From contig OX597825.1 of assembly GCA_951406725.2 (NCBI GenBank), forward strand, positions 85,932,001 to 85,996,000: a stretch of 64,000 nt of DNA, given 5' to 3'. This document shows positions 13,210 to 27,419 of the stretch, one piece after another. The position numbers and the translations under genes are program-made. Source of the stretch: Octopus vulgaris (Eukaryota). Position 1 is the stretch's first letter, and every line of letters starts with the position of its first letter. A model generated the notes under the pieces. It saw nothing but the letters and a program-made list of their open reading frames with translations. It was not told the DNA's origin and made no database searches.

Positions 13210-13514
13210 AGTCGATGTGGCTATCTCTTTATCCCTATATGTGTGTGTGCGTCTCTATAAATATACGTGTGTGTATATGTGTGTGTGTGTGTTAAATCCA
13301 TTTAACATTAAACTAAACTGTACTGAGTTTACATATGACTCAGTACTTTCCAGTAGAGTATATATTTATTTTATTTGTCACAAGAAAAAGGTTGATAGTG
13401 ACTTCGAAGGTTGAACTTACCAGCCAAAACTTCAAAGTCAAATTATAACCTTTTCCTTGCTAGATTTATATGTACACACATACATCCAAATACATATATT
13501 TGCAAAGTAATTAC

Positions 13515-13660
13515 ACACATGTTACTTGGCGATCTGTTTTCCTTCTTTGGACTTCTCCCTTTCTCCTTTCCGACGAAGAGCTATTGCTCGAAACATCAAA
13601 AACTATTTTATTGAGTGTCAAACTAATGCATTCCTTGTGCACGTCCTCTTGTTGTTTTTT
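13515..13660 (+). mobile_element. Short Penelope-type element H3 with hammerhead-like motif
   Basis: ttt-CCGACGA-AGAGC-tatt-GCTC-GAAA-CATC-aaa; homologous to 25195-25515. Confidence 0.6.
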
Positions 13661-14020
13661 GCTATAAGGCGGAGGTATTGTTTGCAGTCGTGTTTGTTTG
13701 TTTGTCCGTGGATAAGTTATCACAAAAACCGCTGGATGGAATCAGATGAAACTTTCAGGGATGTTTGGCCTCGTGACTGGCATGAACTGATTAGATTTGG
13801 GGATTGATCTGGTACCAGACAAGGATTCTGGATTATTTTTCTGTTTTTTTGTTTTACTTAATTTTTTAGAATGGTTGGATTCATTTTTAGTATTCCCGTT
13901 TGTGAGAGCAGATGAGTTTATTTTAGATATTCTCATTTTAAAAATCATCTCTGGCTAATTGTTGAGAGGATGCTGGTGTTGTCCTGGCAGAGGTTTGCGC
14001 TCTCTGAGCGCTCTACTTAT
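13660..14020 (+). mobile_element. Non-autonomous Helentron/HINE-like element
   Basis: aaggcggaggtattg, (gttt)n, ggat...atgaaacttt, then the 3' ggcagaggtttgcgctctctgagcgctctactt stem-loop end. This is the typical HINE layout. Confidence 0.6.
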
Positions 14021-14225
14021 TATTATTGTTCGTGTATTTGATTTGATTATATATACATACATACATACATACATACATACATACATAGACACATACATAC
14101 ATACGTACATAGACACATACATACATACATACATACATACATACATACATACATACATACATAGACACATACATACATACATACATACATACATACATAC
14201 ATACATACATACATACATACATACA

Positions 14226-14282
<57 letters not shown>

Positions 14283-14285
<3 letters not shown>

Positions 14286-14435
14286 GGGGTAAACACATAA
14301 ATGTGAAACAAGGTGGAAAAAAGAGTACTCAAATACCAGTGGTAGAGTAATATGCTTTATTTAAAGCAGCAGAAAATTCAACAAAACCTGTTACTCTGAG
14401 TTTCCCGTTGCCGTTCATCGGACAGTTTTTGCTAG
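14283..14435 (-). mobile_element. Family H2 element with hammerhead-like motif
   Basis: Reverse complement of 14388-14425 reads ctgt-CCGATGA-acggcaacgg-GAAA-CTCAGAG-TA-acag; the element is bounded by (TA)n. Confidence 0.7.
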
Positions 14436-14923
14436 AATAGAACCGATAATATATATATTCGTGGCACATACATTTGATCCTTATAAACAAGTCATTTGTG
14501 CAGGCAGGTCATTCGGCAAGAGCTGAACGCTCGTACGTCATCTGCGACGGGAGAGTCCACCATGTATATGTAGATGACGTCATAAGAAATTTTATAAAAC
14601 TTTCGGGAGTCGAAAAAGTCTTTTAGAGATGTGGTTTCGTCGCTTACGGGCAGAGTTCGACTTCTTTCCCAAATGGGTTTTCAGCTGAATATTTACAGGC
14701 CGTTATTTGTAGCTTTATTTGTGTCTGGTGACCTATATTCCAATATGTGTGTGTATACGTGCGTGTGTGCGCGTTTGTGTATACATCTATGTATGTACGT
14801 TTATATATATATATATATATATATGTACATATATATACATATATATAAACATATATATATATAATTATTTATAAGTTGAGGGACAAATACACACACACAC
14901 AAAAACATACACACACATGCATA

Positions 14924-14959
<36 letters not shown>

Positions 14960-14962
<3 letters not shown>

Positions 14963-15108
14963 GACGGGCTTCTTTCAGTTTCCGTCTACCAAATCCACTG
15001 ACAAGGCTTTGGTCGGTCTAAGGCTATAGTAGAAGACACTTGCCCAAGATGCTACGCAGTGGGACTGAACCCGGGACCATGTGGTTGGTAAGTAAGCTAC
15101 TTACCACA
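14960..15108 (-). mobile_element. SINE family A, 5' half
   Basis: Reverse complement of the 4150-4312 type; flanked by (TA)n. Confidence 0.8.
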
Positions 15109-15422
15109 TTTATATGTATATATATATATATATATATTAGATCATTTGTATTCGGTGTCTGAATGATAAAATGTGTTTGTCATCAACGACAGGCAAAAGT
15201 AACCGATAGAAAAGAGGTAAAGAAAACGCACATCGCAAACAGAATCTGTAAGCGGAAGAATACAAACATGCAAGGCTGGCCTAAGGTGGAATGGCTGACA
15301 TTTATAACGGTTGTTCTCTAAATTCCAGGTTTGTTTCTTTGTTAGAGACCAACTGCTCGCTTCTAGGGAAGAATTTCAAGAAATAAATGAAAGAGAAGGT
15401 ACATCCTTGCAGCCATCGCTCC

Positions 15423-15580
15423 ATAAGCTAATACGAAGAATACAGATGGAATCCATCACTGGAACTGTAAAAATCTGTAAAACTTTGCAGAAGTTTATCA
15501 TTTAAATATATATGATGAGCATGTCTAGATATGCAACTATACGCATGAGAATATATGCATAAAACATACATACCCAGTTA
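15423..15580 (+). mobile_element. R4/Dong-like 3' fragment
   Basis: KLIRRIQMESITGTVKICKTLQKFII* followed by the same 3'UTR. Confidence 0.7.
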
Positions 15581-15930
15581 TTGATGGTGGTGGTGGTGGC
15601 GGTGATGGTGGTGGTTGTGATGATGCTGATGATGCTGGTGGTTGGTGGTGGTGGTGGTGGTGGTGATGGTGGTGTTGGGAGTGATGCTGGTGGCTGGTGG
15701 TTGTTATTGTTGGTGGTGGTTGTGGTTGGTGGTGGTGGCGGCGGTTCTGCTGCTGCTTGTGCTGGAGGTGATGTTGTTAGGAAGAAATTAATTAAAACCA
15801 AATGGTCAATATCGATTAGAGCTGACTGAGGGAATGGCGGTGGCGGTGGTGGTGGTGGCGGTGGCGGTGGTGGTCGTGCTGGTGGTTGTCGTGCTGGTGG
15901 TTGTTGTGCTGGTGGTGGTTTTGGCGGTAC

Positions 15931-15969
<39 letters not shown>

Positions 15970-15990
15970 CAGCAATAGCAATAGCAGTAA

Positions 15991-16038
<48 letters not shown>

Positions 16039-16094
16039 CGGTGGTACCAGTTGTAATAGTAGAAGCAGCAGCAGCAGGAGTAGTAGTAGTTGTT

Positions 16095-16139
<45 letters not shown>

Positions 16140-16360
16140 ATTGTGGTGGCGGTGGCGGTGATGGTGAAATGAGACAATACTTGATGAAATATTAATAAAA
16201 ATAAAACTGAACAACAACAACAACGACAACATCATAGCGTTTGGGCTATTGATGTTTAATGTCCTGATATCTATCTAGAGAGCAATGGTATGGGTGGTGG
16301 TGGTGGTGGTGGTGGTGGTAGTGGCGGTGGTGGTGGCGGTGGTGGCGGTGGTGGTGATTT
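15581..16360. repeat. (GGT)n/(TAG)n low-complexity tract
   Basis: Tandem trinucleotide runs. Confidence 0.9.
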
Positions 16361-16744
16361 TGACGATTATTTTTGTGTGGGTGGTCATGAGGTTAATATT
16401 ACGAAATACATACATACATACATATATAACACACACACACTCACACATACACGTACACACATATGCGCACACGCACACACGCCCAAGTACAAGTGCATTC
16501 ACTCATACACATACAGATAGGCGCACATTTCAATACAAACGCTTATGTCCGTACACACACACACACATGCATGCATGCATGCACACTTACACACGTACTC
16601 ATACATGTACACACACACACAACACAGATAAATGCCACATATACACATATACATACATACTGATAATGTACATGTTCATATACACACACACACACACACA
16701 CACTAACAGATACACACATTCATATATGCACAGACACACACAAA

Positions 16745-16854
<110 letters not shown>

Positions 16855-17498
16855 ATTGATATTCATATACATACAAACACGCACGCACACACACACACAC
16901 ACGCACGCACACGCACAAGTGCACACTTGCACACACAGAGCGAGAGAGAAGAACTGACAATATCTAATGGTGGTATCATGACCTCCACACCATTGGTGAG
17001 GTCAGCTGTACTTTCATTGCCAAATATTCACAGTTTATCCAATAACCTAACATCGCAGAGGACAAACCACATAATCTTCTTAGTTTCGGGGTTTCCGGTT
17101 TGATGGCGTCTCCTGCGTGAATGGATGATTGCTCTGTAGTTGAGGGCGGGCAACCATATGTAATGTGGTGAGCCAAAAATATAATAGCGTATGGTCACCA
17201 CCTCCACCATCACCACCACCGCCAATGCCACGTCACTGCTACCACTACCACCACCCTCACACTCATGCAACTGTATTGAGTAGAAACCATATTTAGCGAC
17301 CAAGACAAATGTTGTCAGGAGGTAAGAAGGGAACAAGGCAGAGAACTCCGAAATCTAAATTGATTAAAATTTAAATGATGCGTGTAAATGTCGTGGAGTT
17401 AAGGGGGATAAATTCCACAGGTTTGGGCTTTATTACACCTCATCAGCGAGGTTGACATGTAGCGCACGCGTGCGTGTGTGTATGTGTACCTGTGTGTT

Positions 17499-17536
<38 letters not shown>

Positions 17537-17599
17537 TGTGTGTGTGTGTGTGCCCTTGCTCCCCATCGATTATGACAAGTATTTCACTTGATCCAATCA

Positions 17600-17720
17600 C
17601 CGTGAAATGAACGTGCAAGTGGCTGAGCACTCCTCAGATGCACGTACTCTTAATGTAGTCCTCGGGGAGATTAAGCATGACTCGGAGTGTGACAAGACTG
17701 GCCCTTTGAATTACAGCTCA
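17600..17720 (-). mobile_element. SINE family C tail fragment
   Basis: Reverse complement partly matches 18040-18110 (cttgtcacactc...ctccccgag.actac.ttaag). Confidence 0.6.
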
Positions 17721-17847
17721 TTTCTGGCAGATGCGTGGTCTGGAGCAACGCAAATTAAAATGGCTTGGAGACAACGTGCCACCGAGTATGCAAAGCACGA
17801 ACTTACGATCCTGAGCCGAATACCGACACCACTAAATTATGCATACA

Positions 17848-17887
<40 letters not shown>

Positions 17888-17889
<2 letters not shown>

Positions 17890-18160
17890 CGCGTGGCTCA
17901 GTGGTTGGGGCATTCGGCTCACGATTGTAAGGTCGTGAATTCAATTCCAGGCGACGCGTTGTGTTCTTGAGCAAGACACTTTATTTCACGTTGCTCCAGT
18001 CCACTCAGCTGGTAAAAATGAGTTGCACCTGTAATTCCCAAGGGTCAGCCTTGTCACACTCTGTGTCACGCTGAATCTCCCCGAGAACTACGTTAAGGGC
18101 ACATGTGTCTGAGGATTGATCGTGTCAGCTGGGACCCCTCGTCATCGTAACCGACAGAGT
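17888..18160 (+). mobile_element. SINE family C
   Basis: gcgcgtggctcagtggtt, gaattcaattcc, cttgagcaagacactttatttcacgttgctccagtccactcagctg. Confidence 0.8.
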
Positions 18161-18165
18161 GATCC

Positions 18166-18201
<36 letters not shown>

Positions 18202-18204
<3 letters not shown>

Positions 18205-18512
18205 TTAAATAAAAGTCAGTGTGAAATTTCTAGGACATTTTATAAAGAGAAGAGCAGTCTTACAGCTGTTTCTGGGATATAAAAGATATCCTATCATAAG
18301 CTATATTCCCTAGAAGAAAATAGTAGAGTTATATATAAGAAGTTACTTTGGAAAGGAAGAGTACTTTTCCTTCTAATTAACCCTCTCGTATCGTCACTGA
18401 TGATGGGATATCTTTTAGATCCCTGAAACAGCTGTAAGACTACTCTTCTCTTTATAAAATGTCCTAGAAATTTCACACTGCCTTGGCCTTGTGATCTCAT
18501 TTTATTTAACCA
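18202..18512. mobile_element. Inverted Penelope-type pLTR pair with canonical-core hammerhead
   Basis: 18217-18297 is the reverse complement of 18400-18480. The right arm reads gtca-CTGATGA-tGGGAT..ATCCCt-GAAA-CAGCTG-TA-agac. Confidence 0.8.
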
Positions 18513-18664
18513 ATACATGCTCACACATGGCCCGCATTAGACTCCTCACTCATGCTATTATCAAACTGGTAGTCTAACAGCGGTCCTTCTGTAGTACTTA
18601 CATAGCCTTACCTGCCTTTTGGATCTCCTGGATACCAAAACCTCTCATATTATATATATATATT

Positions 18665-18709
<45 letters not shown>

Positions 18710-18711
<2 letters not shown>

Positions 18712-18905
18712 TGGACAGGCGGGACAGGAGGAGGACAACTGCAGCAACACCCCACACGTACCCATCGATGTTCGTGTGCAGCAAATGTACCAAGGACTGC
18801 CACTCTAGAATTGGACTGTTCAGTCACAGCAGACGCTGCACATCATCAAAGTAGGCCCCACCCTTGGCGCAACCCATTGTCTATCAAGACAGACGGGGAA
18901 AGAGA
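18710..18905 (+). mobile_element. RTE-clade LINE 3' end
   Basis: Translates FVCSKCTKDCHSRIGLFSHSRRC*, the C-terminal zinc-knuckle motif of RTE/BovB ORFs, followed by a short 3'UTR. Confidence 0.8.
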
Positions 18906-19584
18906 GATATATAAATTAGGGTACCGAAATACCAGCTTGCTAGAAATAGAAGCCAACACTCCAAAGTCAACGAATTTCTCACTTTATTAAGAAACACACA
19001 TGGTGAATACACACACAAACATACACACACAAACAGACACACACGTTGGTGTATGTGTATGCATGTATATGTATGCATATGCATATACAGGTGTTGTGGC
19101 GGCAGAGTGTTCACTGATTAAACAATTTTAAATAATTACACGGGAATATTTCCAAAGACAACAACTGTCATTAAAATTAATGACTTTTTCTTCTCATTAA
19201 TGTCCAGTGATTAGAATTATTTTTTTCCAAGTCACTTCGTAAGGTTAACCCATATTTAACTATTCGATAGTTTTTAATCATGAGTCAGATCCACCGGGGA
19301 TGACTCAGAGTTTAATAAGAACAACAACAACAACGACAACAACACCAGAAAGGCTCTCCGTAATCTCTCCATCATTCCCTTACGTCATTCAAACCACGAT
19401 AAGCAATTACATGACACGCCATTTCCTCGCCATTTAAGCAGAGTTTTCTTTTTGCTTTGTTTTGTTTTGTATTGTTTGTTTTTTTTTTGTTTTTTGTCCC
19501 CCAGCCAAACAATTAAAAGTAAACCCAGCTTCAGTGAGGTCATTTCCGGGTTCTCGTGTAGTCCCTGTCGCTTATTTTTTTTTA

Positions 19585-19725
19585 ATCTTTTAACTTGTTT
19601 CAGTCGCTAGACTGCGGCCATGCTGGGGCACCGCCTTGAAGAATTTTTTAGTTGATTGAATCGGTCCCAGTACTTGTTTTAAAGCTAACACTTATTGTAT
19701 CGGACTCTTTTGCAGGACTGCTAGT
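19585..19725 (-). mobile_element. SINE family A 3' tail
   Basis: cttgtttcagtc...actgcggccatgctggggcaccgcc. Confidence 0.7.
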
Positions 19726-19735
19726 TTTATATATA

Positions 19736-19797
<62 letters not shown>

Positions 19798-19816
19798 CAT
19801 AAATACATATATATAT

Positions 19817-20010
19817 AACGGGAAGGTTTACGAAAATAAACAGAAGACGAAGGCAGGTGGAGTACAAACAAACAAATGTATTAGTATGGCGGTCAGGAAT
19901 AGAAATAGAAAAAGTCTTTTACGTTTCGAGCCTACGCTCTTCGACAGAAAGATATACAGAAAAGAAACAAGGAGAGAAAAAAATGCGTGTAGGAGCTAAC
20001 GGTCTATCAT
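19817..20010 (-). mobile_element. Family H1 element with hammerhead-like motif (CUGUCGA core)
   Basis: Reverse complement of 19916-19951 reads cttt-CTGTCGA-AGAGC-GTAG-GCTC-GAAA-CG-TA-aaag; both flanks are (TA)n. Confidence 0.7.
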
Positions 20011-20011
20011 G

Positions 20012-20077
<66 letters not shown>

Positions 20078-20082
<5 letters not shown>

Positions 20083-20190
20083 TAGAACCTCGCAGTACGA
20101 GTAATTTTCTGTACGAGCCGAGACGTACAAATTTTTGTCTTTAAAGTACGAGCGGAAACCCGCAGTACGAGCACACAAATTGTCCCGTCT
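20078..20190 (+). mobile_element. Pogo/Tigger-like transposon terminus
   Basis: TA|CAGTAGAACCTCG terminus with repeated gtacgag subterminal motifs. Confidence 0.5.
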
Positions 20191-20983
20191 TTAAGATAAC
20201 TGCTCTGTTTCCATTAACGTCTAAGTTGATCAAGGAAAACATCAACCAGGGCGATCGCAACGGCTTTTGATGGCCTGCCAAGGCCACAAGCAGGGCAAAT
20301 TCCTTCAGACCAAATGTCTGTTTTTTGAGAGAGTTTTTTTTTTCAAAAAAATATAATAAAAAAACTCTTGCAAATCGCTGTGACTGCAAAACAGTTTCGA
20401 TTCTCGTTCAAGCCATTAGACTTTATTTCACGAACGATCTTCCGTTTCTCTTCTTCTCCAACACATAAAAGTAGGTTTCACCGACCAAGACCATAAAAAC
20501 CTTTGTGTTTAGTTAAATATTAATTTATTTACTGCAGCGAGAAGTGGACCATTGAGAGTGAAATATATTTGCCAAGCAATACGTCATAATGATAGCGATA
20601 AGATAAAGCAGCACCGACTTCACTGGCAGCAGCGACTCTAGTCCTTAACTTCTCCATCACTAAATAATGAAAGCTGAACTACTTAGTCAAAATTTATTGC
20701 TTGCCACGCAGTTTGTCGTAGTAAGCTGCTGGCAACCATCCCATCGATATAGATCATTCCCACCGAAAACAAATATGCATGGGTGTGGGTGGGTGTGGGT
20801 GTGTGGGTGTGTGTGTGTGTGTGTGTGTGTGTGCGTATGTGTGGGGGGGAAGCGTGTGTGTGTGTGTGTATTGCATTGTTAAAATATTGTTCGGATCATA
20901 GACTTTTACAGTACTCCTTGTTCCGGGTGTTTCCAGAGAAGACAAGGGAAATACTAGTAACACGTAGTTAAACCCACTTACAG

Positions 20984-21020
<37 letters not shown>

Positions 21021-21432
21021 CAGACACACATTTACACACACACAAACTACTACATGCATAAACACATTCATATACATATGTGTATGCGTACAATTACATG
21101 TCTGTGCATGTATGAGTGTGTAAATGCACTCATAAACACACACACATATATATTATATATGTAATTAGATAGATGATAGATAGATAGATTGATTGATAGA
21201 TAGATAGATAATACTGGATTACCCATGATCAATCCACTGCAGGACGAAGGCCCCAGAATGTTCTCTACGACAGAGAAGGGCTTGAAATCATACTGGTTTT
21301 TTATTAGCTTACTCTATCACAGTGGCTCGGCAGAGAGGTGCAGTTTATATACTCTTACTCAGAAGTCAATTATATGTGTGTGTACATATGTATGTTTGTA
21401 TATGTATACACATATATATATATATATATAAT

Positions 21433-21508
<76 letters not shown>

Positions 21509-21560
21509 CATGCATACATACATAATACATAAATACATACATACATACTTACATACATAC

Positions 21561-21591
<31 letters not shown>

Positions 21592-21623
21592 ATAGATAGA
21601 TAGATATATATATATATATATAT

Positions 21624-21674
<51 letters not shown>

Positions 21675-21922
21675 TGTATGTATATACACGCTAATATTGA
21701 ACAATGAGAATCAGTGCTCAAAACCGCATTGGTGGATAAATACGTTTCATTTGTGGGTTAAGGCTACCATTAGTTTCATATCGAGAGAAATCTCTCACTA
21801 ATTATAAAGTCTACCACATGAGAACATTGACATTCGTCTCCATCTTTGATGAGAATACACGAAGCTACACGAGACTGTACGGGATTTGGGGATATATATA
21901 TAGGAAACATATATATATACAC

Positions 21923-22129
<207 letters not shown>

Positions 22130-22135
22130 TACGTT

Positions 22136-22172
<37 letters not shown>

Positions 22173-22246
22173 TTACGTATGTCTAATTGACTTGTACACC
22201 GCTACCTCATTGATTGTATCTATTTTCACGGGGGACTAAATGAGTT

Positions 22247-22312
<66 letters not shown>

Positions 22313-22358
22313 CATATATATATTGCACACATACACACATGTGTATATGTGCGTATAA

Positions 22359-22473
<115 letters not shown>

Positions 22474-22759
22474 TAAACATACTGCATACGTGCATATGAT
22501 AGTTCATGTATTTCATCACAAAATTCTGTGATTCAAGATGTCACAAACAGATGGCTCCATGGCAGCAGCGTTTCCTACTTTTGACATCACAAAATTAACA
22601 GGAAATTATATCTTCATCAATAACATGATGACATTTATAAGCACATACACACACATACCACTAGATAATAGATATAGATATAAGTACGTGTGTGTGTGTA
22701 TATATTTATATTTATATATATATATATATACCTAAGTATCTGTGTATGTGTGTGTATGT

Positions 22760-23450
22760 ATATGTAAAACAACTGCATTTCAGGAATTGAATGCTATTTC
22801 ATAACAACGTTTGTCAAGATAGATAACGTTCAACCTAAATGAAAACGAGAGAACGTCGACAAGAGAACTATCTGCTTGACATAATAGACAAATATATATA
22901 TATAAATACAGCATATTTATGCATTTGAGCCAAAATAGTAAAACTGATATTTTTATTTCTTATAGCACTTAACGGTTCCACAGGGGATCGGTGCTATAAT
23001 TTTATGAGGAAAATGGACCTCAAACAGAGCGCATAAAGAAAATATGGGATATTTACCTCATGTGACAATTACATGTTAACGTAACTGTTCACATCGTCAG
23101 CCGCCGGTAAACTAAAGACAATCTCACGTTTAGGAACACAAATTATGCAACAGTTGTAGCTTCATACGTGGCCGGAATATTAAATGACAGGAATGGACAA
23201 TGAAAGTAATCAGTCGCTCTTTATATTGAGAAATGATAACTGTCGAAGAACGGTTAATGAAAATGCATTCAGACCAGTCTATTGAAGGATTGAAGCATCA
23301 ACTTCTTACCAAAAAGCCTAAATCAACCCGATTGATTTCCATCGAGCTTTGAAAATGAAATTTCGTACACAGAAAAAGCGATCGTTCGTTAGACTTACTA
23401 TATTTGTCATTCAGAGAGGCAGCCTTCTTATTTACAGATTCCCTTAATCA
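22760..23450 (+). mobile_element. Possible hAT transposase relic
   Basis: Broken frames near 23184-23257 give MTGMDNESNQSLFILR and ITVEERL, resembling hAT D..TD.S..EQ.S..LR...EERFL. Confidence 0.25.
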
Positions 23451-24046
23451 TTTAGATTGCAATTCAATGAGAGGGAAGTTTCGTTGATTGGGTAAATACC
23501 TAAAGCCCTTTTCATGAAGAACGAAGCCAGTTTCATAGATTAATTTCCGTTACAGTAGTATAGTTTATATATCCACTGTACACAATTTAATTATATAACA
23601 GAAGTATACAGCTGTTATATACGACAGGTATAAGACCATTACAATAGTGAATGTGTTTATATAGAATTTAATCATAGTCTTTATTCTAAGATTTCCTATT
23701 GAACACATTAAGTAGTTCTATATCGTGTGCGTTGACAATATTCCATATTAACTTAAGACTCACCGCATAATATTTCAGCAATTACACGTTTTGTGTTGTT
23801 TCGGGTTTTTTTCTTTTTCTTTTTCTTGTCAGTATCAATACTTCGATATGAAATACAAAGTCACATCTGCGATACGAAGTGAATATAAGTCAACTGAAAT
23901 ACGATGAATGAAATCAATGGAAGAAAGATGAAGGACGACGACTGAATAAGAATTCCGATTCTTTACAACGGTTGTTTATGATATTCATACAATTACCTCA
24001 TCGTACGAGAGAATGTTATTACAATGTAGCAGAAGAGAACGGAGCT

Positions 24047-24245
24047 GCGTGGCTTAGTGGTTAGGGTGTTGTACTTATGATCGTAAGATTGTGGTTTCGA
24101 TTCCTTGACTGGGCGATGCATTGGGTTCTTGAGCAAAACACTTCATTTCACGTTACTCCAATCCACTCAGCTGACAAAAATGAGTTCTTTCGATGGACTG
24201 GCGTCCAATCCAGGGTAGGGTGGAATATACACGCCATAGAATCCG
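24047..24245 (+). mobile_element. SINE family C
   Basis: gcgtggcttagtggttagg...gtttcgattcc...cttgagcaaaacact. Confidence 0.7.
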
Positions 24246-24513
24246 AGGAAATCGAACTCAGAAAGGACTTTGATCCTTAGTCTCTGAAGAGGAGGAGGTT
24301 AGTAAAATCATTGGCTTGTGGTATTCAGTAGTGTACCTGGGTGTTCTGAGTTCAAATCCCGTCAGGATTGACCTTCACTAGCGTTCTTCTGAAATTCGTT
24401 AAAACGAGTACCAAAGTAATAACTGGTATCGAATTTACACATTCACAATATTTGGTCCCACCTTGGAGATCAATATCTTCTTTCGGATCAAACGAGTGTG
24501 TGTGTGCGCGCGC

Positions 24514-24548
<35 letters not shown>

Positions 24549-24682
24549 GAAACATTTGTCCAACTGTGAGGAATCTATATTTACATAAAATTCTACACTT
24601 CTACTTTTCCTTGTTTTAAGTTCTTTATTTCTCAGTCGTAGCTTTCACGGATGTAAGCCGAGAATTACATACATGCATGCAT

Positions 24683-24776
<94 letters not shown>

Positions 24777-24778
24777 CT

Positions 24779-25186
24779 TAGAGGAACAAAGACAACAAAA
24801 TCAAGGCAGGACGAATATCTCAAGTTATTTAGAATATTTAATTAGATTAAGGTGAATTTGAGGTAATTAATTAATTAGCTAATTAATTGGTATCACAGCT
24901 GCTTTTATTCTTCTATCTACTATCTTATTCCTTTATAAATTGTAAATTCCTTGTCTAGAACCTTCATACATACTCACCTTGTCTGGGTATTCTGATGACA
25001 GAATACCCAGCGTATGGAGATGTTAACCTATCACTTGGAATATCCCAGGAACAGCTGTAAGACATCTAATAATTAATTAACTAACTAATTAATTAATTAC
25101 CTCAAATTCACCTTACTCTTATCAAATATTCTCAATGATTCGAGATACCCATCCTGCCTTGGATTTGTTGTGCTTATTCCTCTAAT
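24779..25186. mobile_element. Inverted Penelope-type pLTR pair with degenerate hammerhead
   Basis: 24779-24906 is the diverged reverse complement of 25049-25186. The centre has CTGATGA...GGAA-CAGCTG-TA-agac. Confidence 0.7.
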
Positions 25187-25194
25187 AAATACCT

Positions 25195-25510
25195 GCTAAC
25201 TCGAAAGCCTCCGTTGTGAACGTGGAATCTAACGATGACCAGTTACAGCACTTCCAATGCGTACATGTTCGTTTAGATCACCAGTGAACTAAACCTGTCA
25301 TATTATACATGTGACCGCGTGTGTACCGTTGGCGATATTTTTCCTCTGTCTTCCCTTCTCCGGATCTTTCCTTCTCCTATGTTTCCGACGAAGAGCTCCG
25401 CTCGAAACGTTAAAACTCTCCTTCTTTCCTTCTTTCCTGAACGTCCAATAATACTATATTTATTCCACGTCCTCGCGTTGTTGTGTTTTTTTGTGCTTTC
25501 TTGTTTGGAT

Positions 25511-25515
<5 letters not shown>
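25195..25515 (+). mobile_element. Family H3 element with hammerhead-like motif
   Basis: gttt-CCGACGA-AGAGC-tcc-GCTC-GAAA-CGTT-a-aaac at 25381-25416; ends in (TA)n. Confidence 0.65.
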
Positions 25516-25595
<80 letters not shown>

Positions 25596-25949
25596 GCATG
25601 TGTGTGTGTGCGTGTGTGCAATGATCTGATCTTTTCAGCAAATAGAAGAGAAATAGATTTGTCACTATCGATGTGTGACTCATAGTTTTTGCAGTCATGG
25701 AGTTACAGACTCTTCTCTTCTCTCTCTAGTATTAAATTTATAAAGCAGTAAACCTTTCCTCCTTATTCAGGATAAATATGGGGAAGAAACACTTGTTAAT
25801 TAGGCTGGTGCCAAACGTGGATTCACAGGATTTATAAAAGAGTTAATTCCATAAAACATCACAGACTCGCTTCACAATCCAAGTTTTAATCTACCCTCAG
25901 CTAGTTTATCAAAGAATCACATCAAAGACCAACTACAAAATTAGTGAAC

Positions 25950-26260
25950 TCCTTCACCCGTCTCCAGTTTATCGTTGATCCTTGAAGTCAAATTAACTAG
26001 TTTGGCATTTAGTGAACCGTTTCGTTGGCCGAGGTATTGTTACGTCACTGCTGCATAAATCAAGTTGGGTGTCTATTGGCTGCTGTGCTTTTAGCATAAC
26101 CCCCAATCCGCAGAATTGCTAATCACAGTCGTCAAGGACTTTTAATATGTTGTTGACACATCATTCTGACCTTTCTTGAAATTGCAGTGTTTGGAATAAT
26201 GGTAGAATCCTACCATTGTCGCATTATGAAATCGTCACACAGTTCGTCACGAAGTAGAGT
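25950..26260 (-). mobile_element. Degenerate non-LTR reverse transcriptase relic
   Basis: Broken frames give W*DSTIIP...FKKGQ, resembling the LINE RT N-terminal W+.+.I.PI.KKGD motif. Confidence 0.35.
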
Positions 26261-27419
26261 TAACAGGATTTATGGCATTTTAGAGTGTCGTAGCATGCAG
26301 CAACATCAAAGAGAACTAATGCCAACATTTTTATGTGGCTGTTTCTAAATATCCATTACTGGTCTACGCCATTTTAAACACCCGCCACCATGCTGGCTAC
26401 AACAAAGGAATGTAATTTTCATTAATGTCCCCTCTTCAACAAATAAACAATAAACTAACAACACAAACTGCTGCCACCTGTTGACAAACACTGGTAAATT
26501 GGTATTAATTTGAAAAACCAGTACACACACACACACACATACTCACATGTGCGTATATACATATACATGCACATATATATATATACACGCACATATATAT
26601 ATATATATATGTGTGTGTGTGTATAAGTACTTGTGTGTATAAGTACGTGTGCGTATGAGTGTTTACGTGAACATGTAAGTGTATGTTTGCGTATACATAT
26701 GCGTATGTAGATATGTCTACATTTTTATTCTCTATATTTATATGTATATGTATATATGAGTGTATATTTTATATCTATATATATGTATACATAGATGTTT
26801 GTGTGTTGATGTGAGAATGAGAGAGAGGAAGAGGGAGAGAGAGAATGGATTTCTCTACATCACTAAAGCAGAACAGTTTGCTCTCAGTGTGTAATTTTAT
26901 GTTTGTGTGTGTTTGTACGCATCTAAGAGTGTGCATGCACGTTTGTACATGTGTGCAAATGTGTGTACGTATGTGTTTGTGCATGTGTGTAAGAGAGAGA
27001 GAAAGAGGGAAGGAAAGACGGAGAGAAAGAAGCATTAAACTGCTTGCTTAATCAAACAAGTATAACGTATGGAAGAGTAAGCCGAGGTCATTAAAACCTT
27101 CAACAATTGAAGCTGTTAGATACTTAATCGAACTAATTTCGCTCTATAAATCACTATAATTCACGATCAACTTACAGCGAACTCGTTTTAGTAGCAGACA
27201 CCCTTTAGCATTATTGGTTTCTGATAAATACCCAAGATCTTCCAGTCGATCTAACACGCTATTTGACTCCATGACAACGGAGGATTATTCTCTCTTCGAT
27301 CGAGTATTTGTTTCTCCCAAATGTGTGTGCTTTAGGACGTTGTAAACTTACAAGAAACAAGCAAGTACCAGTCACGTACTGGGGGGGCGATAAAATCGAT
27401 TCTTCTCCCACCCACAAGT

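Noticed and set aside
17888-17960. tRNA-like sequences with A and B boxes
   Set aside because: These are SINE heads followed by SINE bodies, without a complete cloverleaf.
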